Assembly (NCBI GenBank): GCA_022605425.2
Contig: JAKIMF020000004.1
Coordinates: 558,001-622,000 of the forward strand
Direction of reading: 5' to 3'
Source of the DNA: Hamiltosporidium tvaerminnensis FI-OER-3-3
Lineage: Eukaryota > Fungi > Microsporidia
Length of the DNA: 64,000 nucleotides
Positions 50,300 through 63,162 of this stretch are shown piece by piece. The notes below the pieces were generated by a model. That model made no database searches. It worked only from the letters and a program-made list of their open reading frames with translations, and was not told where the DNA came from. Made by a program: the position numbers and the translations under genes. The number at the start of each line of letters is the position of its first letter. Positions within the stretch are counted from its first letter, which is position 1.

Positions 50300-51540
50300 T
50301 TTTCACAAAAAATTTTCTTTTGGTTTTCAATTTTATAATAATCGTTGGCGTATGTGTAGAACAAAAGTTGCCAAACTTTTCAGCACGCGAACCACAAGCA
50401 CTTCTATAAAAAGTCTATAGGGCTAAGAACTCATTAGATTGTAGACCAACGTGCTGAAACGTATTTCTTTAATGTCTATTAATACTATTTTTGGATTAAA
50501 TGTATAAACCATTATCATATGTTTAATTAATAAAAGTGTATCTCAACACTATTTTTAAAGAAAAATATTCAAAATAATTACTGGAATTTTTTAAAAGTCT
50601 TCTAGCTACATAATTAGATAACTTTTATAAATTTACTCGAGGGTTTATTTTCTCTTTAGACACTACCTGACTGTGCACGCAAACCTTTTAAATGAAATAC
50701 AAAAAAAAATATACACAGATCCAAATTAATAGATAAGGCCTTAAGTTGATATTGATGATTTCTACAGTAAAATATTTCATAATTTTAAACAATATTTGGA
50801 AAAGTCTCAACAACATCAATCTCATCAAGAATTTATTATGCCAGTAATTCATTGTAATCTCATTTAATTTTTTAATATAAAATAATAAAAATATGAGTAA
50901 CGGTTTAAAAAAAGTTTAAAACCTAAAAAAATTTGTCTTCGTATTACAAATTCATACTAAAAATTATCAAAAATTGTATTTTCTTATTTAAAAAACACCA
51001 TTCTACAAAAAAACCGTGGACGGCCAGATAAATTGCTCTGCAAGCCGTAGTTTAGATTCCACTGATCCAACCAAATCATCTTTATTTGGAGAATAAAAGG
51101 TGTATCCAACGGGTGTAAAAACTGAGCCCTGGAATTTAATTCCAGTATCATAAAAATACTGACTGGGTATATTTTAGATTTACATAAACGATTCGGTTTC
51201 TAAAGATTTGTATGTATGGGGTAATAATCAAAAAGTAAAATAAACCCAAATTGTATTTTATTTCTATAACCAGTAATTCGTTCTGAAAAGCCGATATCTA
51301 TCATTTTAAAATCACATATAAAATATAAAATATTTATATTTTTTATAATTAATTTGAGGCCAAAAAGTATATTGATTGTATATTCCAAATAAAATTATCC
51401 AGTAGATTATATTATTTAACATTACATACTTAGTAATATAATCTCATGACTTATTTAAACACCATAGTATTGAAATAAGCAAAAATAAAAATACATTTTT
51501 TTAATATAAAAGATATTTTTTCAAATTTTAACATTTCCAA
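50300..51540 (-). pseudogene. Possible disrupted gene remnant
   Basis: Consecutive coding-like minus-strand segments (MLKFEKISFILKKCIFIFAY...; DIGFSERITGYRNKIQF...; YPSQYFYDTGIKFQGSVFTPVGYTFYSP...) are interrupted by stops. No family recognised. Confidence 0.3.
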
Positions 51541-51631
51541 AGCAAAATATGATGTAATTCTTTTAAAATAATATCTAAGATATAAAGAGATATAAGAGAT
51601 ATAAAGATATATAGAGAGATATAAAGAATAT

Positions 51632-52360
51632 TTATTTGGAAATATCACATCTTTTTACAATAGTGGCAAGTGTTATATTTGTTTTCATGACATTAACGCA
51701 GTTCTAGGTTTAACATAAATAACTGCTACCCCAACACTCCATCGGTAACCCCTGCGATACCTACGTCCCAAAGCCTTTCATCTACCAGGTGTGTAGAACC
51801 TAATTAATAGGCGAGGCAGTTGACCGGAGTTCGTTAATGTCCGTTGCATGGAGTGTGATCGAAGGCCGAAGCCCCCCCTGGGCTCCCCCAAGACTATGCA
51901 GCATTCCCACTTACTCTACACTTTCTGAACCCAATAAACTTCTAGCTAAGATATATTTCAGAGATTTACATGGGGTCCACCTAGACAGTGCAATGTCATA
52001 CCAACAGGTATAACCTGCTACTTAGCTCTCCCGGCTTTTAATTGGTTTTATTTTTATATCTCCCAGGCGCTAAGTCTTCTAACCCGAGTGAGCAAGGCTA
52101 GGTTTCCATGCTTTTACATGGCGATTACCTACATGTTCAGCTGCGGTCTGCAATCTGGTTACATAAAAAACTACAAATAAATTCGTAGAAAAAGTTTCAC
52201 CATTTCTTAGACCTCTCCTCCTCATACAAACTCCCATGGAACAACCGAAGATGTAGTGTGGTTTTAGTCCCACCAAAAATCCAAACAATGATCTTCACAC
52301 CAGTTTCACACACTCATTGCCAAGCAGAAAGTTTTTTATGTGGTTATCCTCCCTCCACCT
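51632..52360 (-). mobile_element. ~720-nt element, copy F, with a 15-16-bp TSD
   Basis: GAGATATAAAGAATAT at 51616-51631 and 52361-52376. The copy is inserted in a low-complexity GATATA/AAAG tract. Confidence 0.95.
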
Positions 52361-52544
52361 GAGATATAAAGAATATAAAGATATATAGAGATATATATTG
52401 AGATATAAAGATATATATTGAGATATATTAAAATATAAAGAATATAAAGAAATATATTGCGATATATTAAAATATAAAGAAATATAAGGAATATAAAGAA
52501 TAAAAAAACATTTTTTCTAATAATTTTATCTTTATTTAATAATT

Positions 52545-54779
52545 TTAATTTGTTTCATCAATTTTCTCACAAACCTCATCCAACTCACTAACAATACAAT
52601 CTTGAAGTTCTTCATATTTACAAACAACTTTTATCAAATCAATAGTCATATTATAATTACCAAGAATATCAACATGATCTGAACTATCTGGTCCACCTCT
52701 CACATCTTTTAATATAGATATTGGATTATGTTCATATTCTCTTACAACTGTTTTAACATTATACGGATTTAAAATACTATTTCTCCATCCTTTTCTTCCC
52801 ATGTATCCTAGAGAAACAAGAGGAACTGTACCATCACCATTTGTCATGTAAATACCTCGACAAATATTTTTATTTGAATTATTTACATCTTTAGAAATTT
52901 CAAAATATCTTTTATCTTTGGATTCTTCTTTTATCATAATTTCATTTAAAATTTGTATTTCTGTTTCATTATCAGTTGAAGTATAGAAGTACTGTTCAAT
53001 CTTTTCCCATATTTTTGTTTCTTTTATTTCATCATAAATGTAACCTTCTTCTGACATTTTACCTACGCCGTAAAAAGAATAAATTGTTAAATCTGGTGCG
53101 TTGGGTAAAGTGTTGAGAAGTGGATTTGTCCAGTTTTCTTTTTTATTAAATTGATTTTTATTATCTTTGTAATTTCCACGGTGGCATTTGTTTATTCGAT
53201 TGTAGGTTTCTGTATTCAAAGTTTGTTGTAATACATTATTTACATTTTCTACGTCAAATGACTCTCCGTTTCGTATTTTTATGACATTTTTATTTCTCCA
53301 AAAACGCCTTCCACCTTTTGGCATTAGAGAATGTATTGATCCCCATCCTCTGAAAAGCTCTCTTCTTTCTTCTTTTCCTAAAAAGAAATCCAGGATATTG
53401 CTTTCTATGAAACCGGAATGCGCCGTGTCCTTTCCTTCACCGCTTAGCATACCTGATATAGCTTTAGTGGAACCTAAAAATGGTGCAGCAATGCTTAAAA
53501 TTGATTCTATATTTTCAGAAACCCAATTTTTATTGCATTTACACTTTTGATCAGAGTTTTTTGAATTATTTTTTTCAGTTTCACTTTTCTGATCACAAAA
53601 ATCACAAGAATTTTCAACCCACTTCATGAAATAATAACAAACCAAAGTACCAAGACTATGAGAAAGCAAAACAACTTTTTTTCCACTCGTTTTTCTAAAA
53701 AATTCAATTTCATTTTTAAGTTTTGTAAAAAAGAAATCCCGTTTTTCTAATTCTTCCATTCCTAATCTCCAATCAAAAGAAGACAAATGAAGATTTGTAT
53801 AATCATATCCAACTTCTGCCAAATTTTGTATTATTTTAGACCAAATCCAATATCCAGGTAAAAGAAAATCTGATGCACCCAGTCCTTGAGATGCTCTCAC
53901 TTTTATTCCCTTAGGATCCAAACCATTCTCTAATCGCATGTGATCGCACCAAGATTTTTTATCTGATAAAATAAACTTTAGCATATCAAAAGAACCCCAA
54001 ATTTTCTTTCTAAAATGTGAATCTGATCCTTCCAATCCCTTCCAAAGTTCTAAAGTAGTACTAATAATACCAGGAATAATAATAATAGGAGAATGAGCTC
54101 TAGCCCCCTTTTCAGCTAAAACTTCACCTGGGGATTTACTTGGTGTTCCAAACTGTGCAGTAAAAGTATTATATGAGTTATCGAGATCAGAAAGTGTTTC
54201 GAGTATTTTATAGAGTGTCGAAGGATACGGAAAAACATCTTTTATCCTTTTTACAGTTGCATTTGCATCAAAAAAAACCGGATACAAAAATATGCAACCG
54301 AAACTTAAAAATATAAAAAATGAAATTTTTATGATGAAAGGCGTGGAATAAAATAAAATTCTGATTCGCTTAGTAAAAATTCTTTCTGTTGGTTCTTTGT
54401 TCGTCGTATTGGTTTTTTGATTCTCCTCGTTTGTTTCGATTTCTTGATTAGATAAAATCAAAGACGTTTTTAATTTCTCTTCTTCCTCTTCTAAATTTTT
54501 TTTAGATTGCAAATCTTTTATAATTTCTTCTTCAGAGTAGTCTTCTTTTTCATCTTCTTTATCATTTTTGGATTGAGAGTGTCTCATAATACTATTATTT
54601 TCTTCTTTTTCATCTTCTTTATCATTTTTAGGCTGAGAGAGTCTCATAATAGTATTATTCACTCCTTTTTCATCTTCTTTATCATTTTTTTCATTTTTCT
54701 TTTTCAAATTTCTTTTACTTTCTTTTTTCTTTTCTAAATCTTTACGTTTATCATTACTATTATTCTTTTTACGATTCAT
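52545..54779 (-). CDS. LRO1: Phospholipid:diacylglycerol acyltransferase (LCAT family)
   Basis: IIPGIISTTLELW, FRKKIWGS, GLDPKGIKVRA, GYWIWSK, FDWRL, HSLG, GDGTVPLVSLGYM and HVDILG motifs, with one N-terminal TM segment. Confidence 0.95.
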   Translation of the reverse strand: MNRKKNNSNDKRKDLEKKKESKRNLKKKNEKNDKEDEKGVNNTIMRLSQPKNDKEDEKEENNSIMRHSQSKNDKEDEKEDYSEEEIIKDLQSKKNLEEEEEKLKTSLILSNQEIETNEENQKTNTTNKEPTERIFTKRIRILFYSTPFIIKISFFIFLSFGCIFLYPVFFDANATVKRIKDVFPYPSTLYKILETLSDLDNSYNTFTAQFGTPSKSPGEVLAEKGARAHSPIIIIPGIISTTLELWKGLEGSDSHFRKKIWGSFDMLKFILSDKKSWCDHMRLENGLDPKGIKVRASQGLGASDFLLPGYWIWSKIIQNLAEVGYDYTNLHLSSFDWRLGMEELEKRDFFFTKLKNEIEFFRKTSGKKVVLLSHSLGTLVCYYFMKWVENSCDFCDQKSETEKNNSKNSDQKCKCNKNWVSENIESILSIAAPFLGSTKAISGMLSGEGKDTAHSGFIESNILDFFLGKEERRELFRGWGSIHSLMPKGGRRFWRNKNVIKIRNGESFDVENVNNVLQQTLNTETYNRINKCHRGNYKDNKNQFNKKENWTNPLLNTLPNAPDLTIYSFYGVGKMSEEGYIYDEIKETKIWEKIEQYFYTSTDNETEIQILNEIMIKEESKDKRYFEISKDVNNSNKNICRGIYMTNGDGTVPLVSLGYMGRKGWRNSILNPYNVKTVVREYEHNPISILKDVRGGPDSSDHVDILGNYNMTIDLIKVVCKYEELQDCIVSELDEVCEKIDETN

Positions 54780-55327
54780 TTAAAGGGTATCCCGATATGA
54801 TAATTTATTTAATTCAAAATATATAAAAAAATATTTTTTTTACTTTTAAAATAAAAATTTCACAAAAGAAAATTTGTTTAAAATTTATAAGAAGAAAGTT
54901 TGTTTGAAATTGGTTATTTAAGAATATACGGTAAAAGAAAAACGTTTAAAATTTATGGGAAAATATTTTTAGGAATTAATATAAAGTAATAAAATTATTG
55001 ACAAAAAAAGAATATTTATAAAATAATTATTTCTAAAGAAAGAAATAAATTCTGATTAGAAAATATTTTCTAAATATTTTGAAATAATTTAAATTACTTT
55101 CTATTTTAAATATTAAATTTATTCTCTGCTTGTCTCAATTTAAAATATGATTTTATAAATTTTTAAATTTTTTGATTGAAAATATTTTTTTTTAATTTAA
55201 AAGCAAAAACGGTAAATTAAATTATATTTCACGTAAATTCAAAAGCTGATTAAAGAACAAAAATATTGATTTTTTTGTAATTTCTATTTTAAGCATATCA
55301 TTTAATCTAAAAGATTTAAAAAATTAT

Positions 55328-55502
55328 TTTTCTTATGAATTACAAATGTTACTGAGCGGTTTCATTAAATAATTTTGCCATTTCATTTACAAGATTTAAA
55401 GAATTTTTTTTCTCATAAATTACAAATGTTACTGAGCGGTTTCATTAAATAATTTTGCCATTTCATTTACAAGATTTAAAGAATTGTTTTTCTTATAAAT
55501 TA
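55328..55502. repeat. 80-bp tandem duplication of the TFC4 3' end including the stop codon
   Basis: TTACAAATGTTACTGAGCGGTTTCATTAAATAATTTTGCCATTTCATTTACAAGATTTAAAGAATT occurs at 55340 and 55420. Confidence 0.9.
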
Positions 55503-58500
55503 AAATTAAATTAAAAATAGCCATTTTTCTAACCTCAGCATTTTTACATTTCAATACTTTTTTATAAAAAGCTTCTGCAAACCCAATAATTCCATACGTA
55601 TGATAAGATCTCCCTAAATTATAATAAATAATACATTTTCCATTGCATCCATAAAAATTATATAAATTTTTATTTTGATGAATTGATATTGAATCGTTAG
55701 AATTTGACGAACAATCTTTATAATCATCATTTTTTTCTAAATCTTTTAAAATCTCAAAACCTTTGGAAATAAAATGGTTTTTGTTATTTATTTTTCTACT
55801 TTTTGAATGTGTAAAATAAATTATTGAAAGTGCAATTTCAGTTTTTATATCTTTTTCTCGTACAGCAGTTACATTTTCAATATAATTTACTGTCTCTGAA
55901 TATAAAAATCTGGGTAAAAATGAATTTAAAAAAAGACACAAAAATGTGTTTGGATGGTTAAAACTGTAAAGAGAAGAAGTAAATTCATTTGTATAATATG
56001 ATTTTTTATACTGATATTGTATATTTTTATTATTAGATTCTGTAGATGTATTTCGTAGTGTATTTTTACTATTCATTGTAGTATTGGATACAGGCCATCC
56101 AATATTTTCTTTGACTCTTTTACAAAGTCTCTGTAAATTCTTTTGGCAATGTCCAAAATTTTTATCTCTGTTGTAATCAGCAAAAAAATTTGAAAAAAAA
56201 TACATAAAAAAATAGAAACTTGCATTCTGGTAATAAAACACGATTTTTTTCACAAAATTTACAAAATCACCATAATTATTGTTAAGTAGAGAGTATTTAA
56301 ATCCTAAAAATAAAAATTGAATGTAAATATCCGATCTTTGTTTAAATACACCCGATTTTAAACATCTATTTAATAAGTTCATAGAATCTTCATATTTTTT
56401 AAGTTTTAAATGACAAAGAATATTCATTTTCATTACTTCAAACCATTCATCGACATTTAATCCGTGAAGACTTTTCAATCTTGATTTTTCAAAATTAGAA
56501 TCATATACTTTTCCTAAACTCTGTTGTAAAATATATTTTTTAGGATTTAAAATATAAGAATTATTCATGAAGTCGCTTATCAGTTGGTTCGAAGTATTTA
56601 TAAACATCAAAGTTCTTTCTAAATCATCATTGGGATTCTCAATATAGAAAAAAGATATTTTATGAAATAAACTACGTATCTTTTTACATTCCGATGAACT
56701 AAATTCATTCTTTTTTTCATGATTAGATTGATCAAGGTCATCAACAAAGTGACCAATTTCATCATTAATATCTAAAGAATATTGTAATGCTAAATCTCTA
56801 TTTCCTAATTCTTCATAGAGATTAGAAACTATGGCTTTTATTCGGTCTTGATTAAATATGAAAGGAAACATTGGATTTATAAATGAAGAATTAGAATCGT
56901 GTGGGTCTTTTGTTTCACCGTTTGCCATTTTAAAACATTCTACTTCTAATTTTTCATTTGAAAATTCTTTTTTCAAATTATAAATTTCAAAATATTTTTT
57001 ATTTTTAAGAATTTCTAATATTTCCAAATAAAATTTGATTCCATCATCTTTCAAATTTCTAGAAATAGAAATTCCAGCCATTCTATTTAAAATTTCCAAT
57101 TTAATATTAATTTGGTGGCTTGTAAAATTATTTTGTAATAAAACTTCTAATATTTCATAACTTAAAGTATAATTTTTATTTTTAAAAAGTGTATCAATTA
57201 AATCAAAAATTATATAAAAATTTGAAAATCCCAAAAAATCTTTTGATTCTTTGAATATCATTAATTTTTCAATGAAAAATAAATCTAAAGAATTTTTTAA
57301 TTCCCTATTAGCATCATAATTATTATTTGTTATATTATCTTCCATATTTTCTAATTTAAATGTCGCTGATTCATTTCCCAAATAAGTGGTCATAGTTGAA
57401 TTACTCGTAATAATATTTTCAGTTTTTTCGTAAAAATAGCATTTTGGATTTCTATTTAGCGATATAAACGTTATGAAGAAAATAAAAATATTTTTTACAT
57501 TTATCGGTGCAAAATTATTGAACGCATTTTTCAAAGATTTGAAATCTCTTAATTCATAAGAAAAAGATATCAAACTATTAAGAAATTCGGTAGAGATACT
57601 TTTTTTATTCTTACATTTATAAGAAAAATAAATTGCTTTTCTTATTATTCTTATGAGTTCTGAATTGGATTTAATCGTATTTTTAATTTCTTTTAATAAC
57701 AAACACTGATCGATCAATTCTTCTTTAAAATCTGTATTGGTTTCATTCGAAACATTTTCTATTTTATCATTTGTTTCTGAATTATATTCAAATTCTGTAT
57801 TTAAATCATTCGATGCAGAAAATTCTTCTTTTTCTGAACTATTGCTCTCAGAAAAATTATCTTCTATAAAACTATTTTTTTCATAAATTCCCTCAGTTTT
57901 TACATCGCCACTTCCATAGAAATAAATATATTCTAATTTTGTTTCTAAAATTTTATCTTTCATAGAAAGAATTTCGTATAAATCAATTTTTTCTTTGATT
58001 TTATTTGGTGAATTATACTTTTTTTGTAAAATAGAAATAAAATAAATTCTTTCTTTATATATTTCCGATATACGATCAGTAGATGTAATTTCCAAATCTG
58101 GATTTGATTTAAAACTATGGGTATCAGATATACGTTCGTTTGTAATAAATTTGTCTTCCACTTTATTATATTCACCGTTTTTAATATAAAAATCATGTAA
58201 AATAAATGTGTATTCGTATAACTTTTTCCATAAAACATAATCCTTCTTTTTAATATGTGCTGCAATATAAAAACAATTAAATGCATTTTCTAATTCATTT
58301 TTTTCTTCATAAACAAGTCCGAGAGTATAGTACGCTTGAAAATATTGCGGTGATTTTTTTATAATTTCTTTGAGTAAACCAATACATTCATTTAATTTAT
58401 TCTTTACATAAAAAATATTGGCTTCGGATAAAAGATTTTGAATTTCTGATTTATTTTTCTTTTTTATTTTTTTATGCGTAATTTTATCTTTTTTATTTTC

Positions 58501-58506
58501 CCGCAT
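55429..58506 (-). CDS. TFC4: RNA polymerase III transcription factor TFIIIC subunit Tfc4 (TPR protein)
   Basis: N-terminal TPR LLSEAN..Y......CI.LLKEIIK..P....AYYTLG.VYE...AAH and C-terminal YNLGR.YH..G...FA...Y.KVL...A.FNL.LIY. Confidence 0.88.
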   Translation of the reverse strand: MRENKKDKITHKKIKKKNKSEIQNLLSEANIFYVKNKLNECIGLLKEIIKKSPQYFQAYYTLGLVYEEKNELENAFNCFYIAAHIKKKDYVLWKKLYEYTFILHDFYIKNGEYNKVEDKFITNERISDTHSFKSNPDLEITSTDRISEIYKERIYFISILQKKYNSPNKIKEKIDLYEILSMKDKILETKLEYIYFYGSGDVKTEGIYEKNSFIEDNFSESNSSEKEEFSASNDLNTEFEYNSETNDKIENVSNETNTDFKEELIDQCLLLKEIKNTIKSNSELIRIIRKAIYFSYKCKNKKSISTEFLNSLISFSYELRDFKSLKNAFNNFAPINVKNIFIFFITFISLNRNPKCYFYEKTENIITSNSTMTTYLGNESATFKLENMEDNITNNNYDANRELKNSLDLFFIEKLMIFKESKDFLGFSNFYIIFDLIDTLFKNKNYTLSYEILEVLLQNNFTSHQINIKLEILNRMAGISISRNLKDDGIKFYLEILEILKNKKYFEIYNLKKEFSNEKLEVECFKMANGETKDPHDSNSSFINPMFPFIFNQDRIKAIVSNLYEELGNRDLALQYSLDINDEIGHFVDDLDQSNHEKKNEFSSSECKKIRSLFHKISFFYIENPNDDLERTLMFINTSNQLISDFMNNSYILNPKKYILQQSLGKVYDSNFEKSRLKSLHGLNVDEWFEVMKMNILCHLKLKKYEDSMNLLNRCLKSGVFKQRSDIYIQFLFLGFKYSLLNNNYGDFVNFVKKIVFYYQNASFYFFMYFFSNFFADYNRDKNFGHCQKNLQRLCKRVKENIGWPVSNTTMNSKNTLRNTSTESNNKNIQYQYKKSYYTNEFTSSLYSFNHPNTFLCLFLNSFLPRFLYSETVNYIENVTAVREKDIKTEIALSIIYFTHSKSRKINNKNHFISKGFEILKDLEKNDDYKDCSSNSNDSISIHQNKNLYNFYGCNGKCIIYYNLGRSYHTYGIIGFAEAFYKKVLKCKNAEVRKMAIFNLILIYKKNNSLNLVNEMAKLFNETAQ

Positions 58507-58705
58507 AAATATATTATGGGTTCATTAAATATTTGATCCATAAAATGTTGAACCATGAAAATTAAATAAGTAATAATTTAGAAGATACCAATTTAAAGCA
58601 CTAATAATAAAATATTGCACATGTATTTTATCCGCAAATCAGTTTTTCTGGTTTTTCAGTTAAAATATTTTATTATAATAATAATATTTTATGTATTAGT
58701 TGATT

Positions 58706-58825
58706 AAATAGACCCGACATATTTATTTTAGATATGAAGAAGAATAAGATAACACACATTGAATTAGAAACCACTTCCCCAGATTCACTTCAAATATTCG
58801 AAACTAAAAACTTGGGAAGTATGAT
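58706..58825 (+). mobile_element. RLE endonuclease fragment of the non-LTR element
   Basis: Translates as NRPDIFILDMKKNKITHIELETTSPDSLQIFETK, then G/KYD. It runs into low-quality G/T/poly-A sequence. Confidence 0.75.
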
Positions 58826-58886
58826 TGGGGGAAAAGGGTGGGGTTTTTTTTGGTTTAATTTTAAAAAAATTTTTTAAGGTTTGGGG

Positions 58887-59308
<422 letters not shown>

Positions 59309-59699
59309 ATTTATAGAGAGATAGTCTTCACTATTATTGTTTGTGTTTTCTATAAATCCATAAAGTCGAAATCTTAATAAATAATACACAAAGAGATATT
59401 ACAAACTATGATGCATCAATTATATCAATTATCTCTTTTTAATTGATTACCTCAGGCTTTTTACTCAAGAAAGGGAAACATTGACATAGATGACCAATGA
59501 AGTATAAAATATAAAAAACATAATATTAGAATTGAAGATGGAAATATAAACTGCAAAATATCCTTGTTGTGAAAATTGTGCTAATTTTATTGGAGAAATA
59601 TTCTCTAAAAAGGCTATAAGATAATATATATAACAGAGATATCTTAAAACGTAAGTCATTTGAGGGTGTACATAAAAAATGATATCACGACAGAGCAAA

Positions 59700-61235
59700 G
59701 CTTTTTCTTTAAGAGGTTAAATGGAAGAAATATAAAAGCCATAAACTGAAATGCGATTTCTTTACTGAATTATAATTTAATAGTACTCCGATTAGAACAG
59801 GATGAATTCTCTAGGTTAGAGGAGACAGTTTTAGCAGTTTTAGTAAACAACAAATCTACATTTATGCCCATAATTAAAGAACGTCTATACCTTCCTCGCA
59901 AAGAAATCTGAAGAGTCCTACAAAGTGTTGAGTTGAGAAGCGAACATATGCTTCTGCAGTTTATAAATTGTCGGAAAAATTAAAGAAATATCGAGTAGAT
60001 GAGCAACAATCCTGGTGGTGGAAAATACAAATAAAACTCACCTTGCAAAAAAAAGGCTCAAGAACGTAGAGTATAAGTTGGAAGAAGTCACTAAAGAAAA
60101 TTTATAAGCAAACTCGACTTGCAAAACTATACAAGGAAAGAGAAAACCAAAATTCCATTCAAAATTATATAATGCAGAAAAAAAAGAGCCTGTAAATGAT
60201 AGTGTCTCTTCTGGATGGCATCGAAAAGAAATATTAGGTCACGTAAAAGAGCTATGTTCGCTATATCCAGAGCTTAAATAAATGCTAGGGTATAGAAGGT
60301 GTGTTTCAACACAGAACAACTTTTTTAAAGCTGTAAATCATCCACTAACTATATGTGACAAAAATCATAGGAAATTACTATGTAGACTGCATAATGGTGT
60401 GGTTAGATTCCCAAAATTGCTCTTCTTAAATGAATATAAGCTTAATTCTTCAAAACAGATTATGAGCCACTAAGTTCAAGAAATTCTTCAAAACAAACAT
60501 GTAGAAATAAGAGTGAACACTGGAATAAAGACTGATGTCAAGTTCGGTGTAATAAGTTCGACATATTTATAATTAATAATAAGCAGAATAGGAATCACAT
60601 TCCGAGACACTCTTTAAATAGCTGAAACAGAAAAGCTTGGAAGTAAGATCTGCTAGAAAATGATTAGGGTCTTATTTATAAATATAGTGTTGATATAATT
60701 TTGTATGTGAAGATTTAGAACTGTATTATGGCAAAATAACATTTTTCACACCTTAAAAAACTGCAAATATCACATTATGTCGAGGTATACATTCATTCGA
60801 TATTACTTAATAAGACAGTCAAAACAATTTTCTTAGACCGACAAAGTGGATTTGAGTCTGGACTAAACGCAGAAGAGAGTTTGGAGAGAGCGTCAATGGT
60901 GTTATTAAGATATCGGAGATGCATGGGAATCAACTCCCCTTTAAAGCAAACTGATAACGAGAAATATGATGATAACACAGAAATCAAAAATTATTTTTTC
61001 TTTTATTATGAATGGCTAAAGACAGCGGAAGGACCAACAATTAATGAAAATAAAAAGTCGGACTTTGAGGAAGACAGTGAATTGGTTAAAATTGAGCTAC
61101 AAACTATTTAAAAGAGAGAAAAAAATTGAAAAATTTCAAGTTAATAAAATTATAATAAGTTTCTTCAAAAAAAAGTTGTTTTGCTCTTTATACGAGTTTG
61201 ACACATATTATTTTTTGATTATTCAATAAAAAACA
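59700..61235 (+). mobile_element. Degenerate 3' portion of an RLE-type non-LTR retrotransposon
   Basis: VLRLEQDEFSRL...KERLYLPRKE..LQSVELRSEHMLLQL, a CCHC region with RLHNGVVR, VEIRVNTGIKTDVK, IGIT..D, ETEKL and YIHSILLNKTVKTI. Many stops and frameshifts. AATAAA at ~61225. Confidence 0.85.
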
Positions 61236-62344
61236 AATTCTTTTCTTGAAATAGGTTATGCTGTATATATACACATATAAATGCGCAAACACTATGAATT
61301 TATAAAAAATAAACACATCATAATTAAAAAAAAACTATATTTTAACGCACTTTTTGCGATAATATTTTTAATTTAAATAATTAACCGCAAAAAACGGAAG
61401 CTTTAATTCAATTTAGTCGATATAAATAAAAAAAATCTGTAACAATAAATAAAACCTTAGTATACTCTGATAGAATTACTAAGATTTATATTTATTGTTT
61501 ATAAAAATTAGATGTTTTCAAAAACTATAAAATTGATATTTTTATAATTTTAAATTAATAATTAAGTCTTAATGCTTTTATTTATATATAAATTTATATT
61601 TATGCTCGAAGTAGAGAGCGCGCTATTAAATAAATTCTATAGAGTTATTTTTAAACTACTGCCGATTTCTGCACTCAAAAAGTCATTTTTCATAGGCTTT
61701 TTTTGTTCTCTTATTATGCCCCAGTAATATATGTTTAGTTATAAAACCAAATCCACTCCCGTTTAACTTATATAAATTTATACATTTTTCAATTATATCT
61801 AGAATTTCTGTTCGTTGAGGAATTTAGAAAGATATTTATAAACATCAACTTTTATTATATATGAAGGCATTTCAAAATATTCATAATAACTAATTTATTT
61901 CGAAACTCAGCAGAATTTCTGGTACTTTTAAATTTTATCATTGCCTTTCTAGTCTTGTTCTTATATGGGAATCAATGTCTAAATCGAAGGACTAACCTGT
62001 TTTATTTCTCAGCATAATGAATATAAGGCATCAGTTACAAGTAATAATTCAACTCTTATTTTAATTCATCGATTTATTGGGTTTTTAGCATTATTAGTTC
62101 AGATAATTTATAAATAACAATGAACGACCCTAAAATATCTTAAAAATATTATAGATATTTTTAATGGTGTAAAAATAGATAAGCATGAGAAGCTTTCGAA
62201 AATTATAATGATTAAAAAATGCATTTAACTCAGTTAAACTACCTAAAATAACATTAACAAAATTACTTCAAATCATAAAAGTACCTTTTTTTGAGATTAT
62301 AAAATATTCAAAAACTTTGGTTTTTTTAATTTTAATTTTATAGT

Positions 62345-63083
62345 TTTTAATCTAAAAACTTTACTTAGATGTATCACATCTTTTTAAAACAAAGCAAGTG
62401 TTATATTTGTTTAAATGACATTAACGCATTTCTATGTCTAATTTAAATAACTACTACCCAACACTCAATCGGTACCCCCTGCGATACCTACGTTCCTAAG
62501 CCTTTCATCTACCAAATTTCTAGAACCTAATTAATAGGCGAGGCATTTGCCTGAGGTTCGTTAATGTTAATTTCATGGAATTTGATCGAAGGTCGAAGTA
62601 CATGCTGGGCTCTCCCATGACTATACAGCATTCCCACTTACTCTACACTTTTTGGACCCAATAAACTTCCAATTAAGATTTATTTCAGAGACTTACATAG
62701 GGTCCATTTAGACAGGCAATGTCATATCAACGGGTATAACCGCCTTTTATCTTTCTCGGCATAAATAGTTATTTTTTTTATATCTCCCAGGTGCTAAGTC
62801 TTCTAACCCGAAAAGCAAGGCTAGGTTTTCATGCTTTTACATGATGATTACCCACAAGTTCAGCTGGGGTTTTCGATCTAGTTACATATAAAACTACAAA
62901 ATATATTTATAGAAAAAATTTCCTTATTTCTTAGACCTTCTCTTCCACAAACAAACTTCCATAGAACAAGCAAAAATATAGTGTGGTTTTATTTCCAGTT
63001 AAAATCCAAACAATTATTTCACACCAGTTTCACACACTCATTGCCAAGCAGAAGGTTTTTTATGTGATTATCCTCCCTCCACC
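62345..63083 (-). mobile_element. ~720-nt element, copy G, with a 14-bp TSD and a ~14-nt 3' extension
   Basis: TTTAATTTTATAGT at 62331-62344 and 63084-63097. Confidence 0.92.
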
Positions 63084-63105
63084 TTTAATTTTATAGTAAA
63101 TATTA

Positions 63106-63162
63106 CTTACTTGCTTCTTACTCCGCAGCACTACAGTCTTTAAAGATCCCAAGCTCTCTTTA
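63106..63162 (-). mobile_element. 57-nt 5'-truncated RTE-like 3' end with a 13-bp TSD
   Basis: The reverse complement ends GACTGTAGTGCTGCGGAGTAAGAAGCAAGTAAG. It is flanked by ATAGTAAATATTA at 63093-63105 and 63163-63175. Confidence 0.65.

Noticed and set aside
61600-62300. Possible Ty3/Gypsy RNase H remnant (LVTDA-like) on the minus strand
   Set aside because: A single weak motif, with no LTR or PBS seen.
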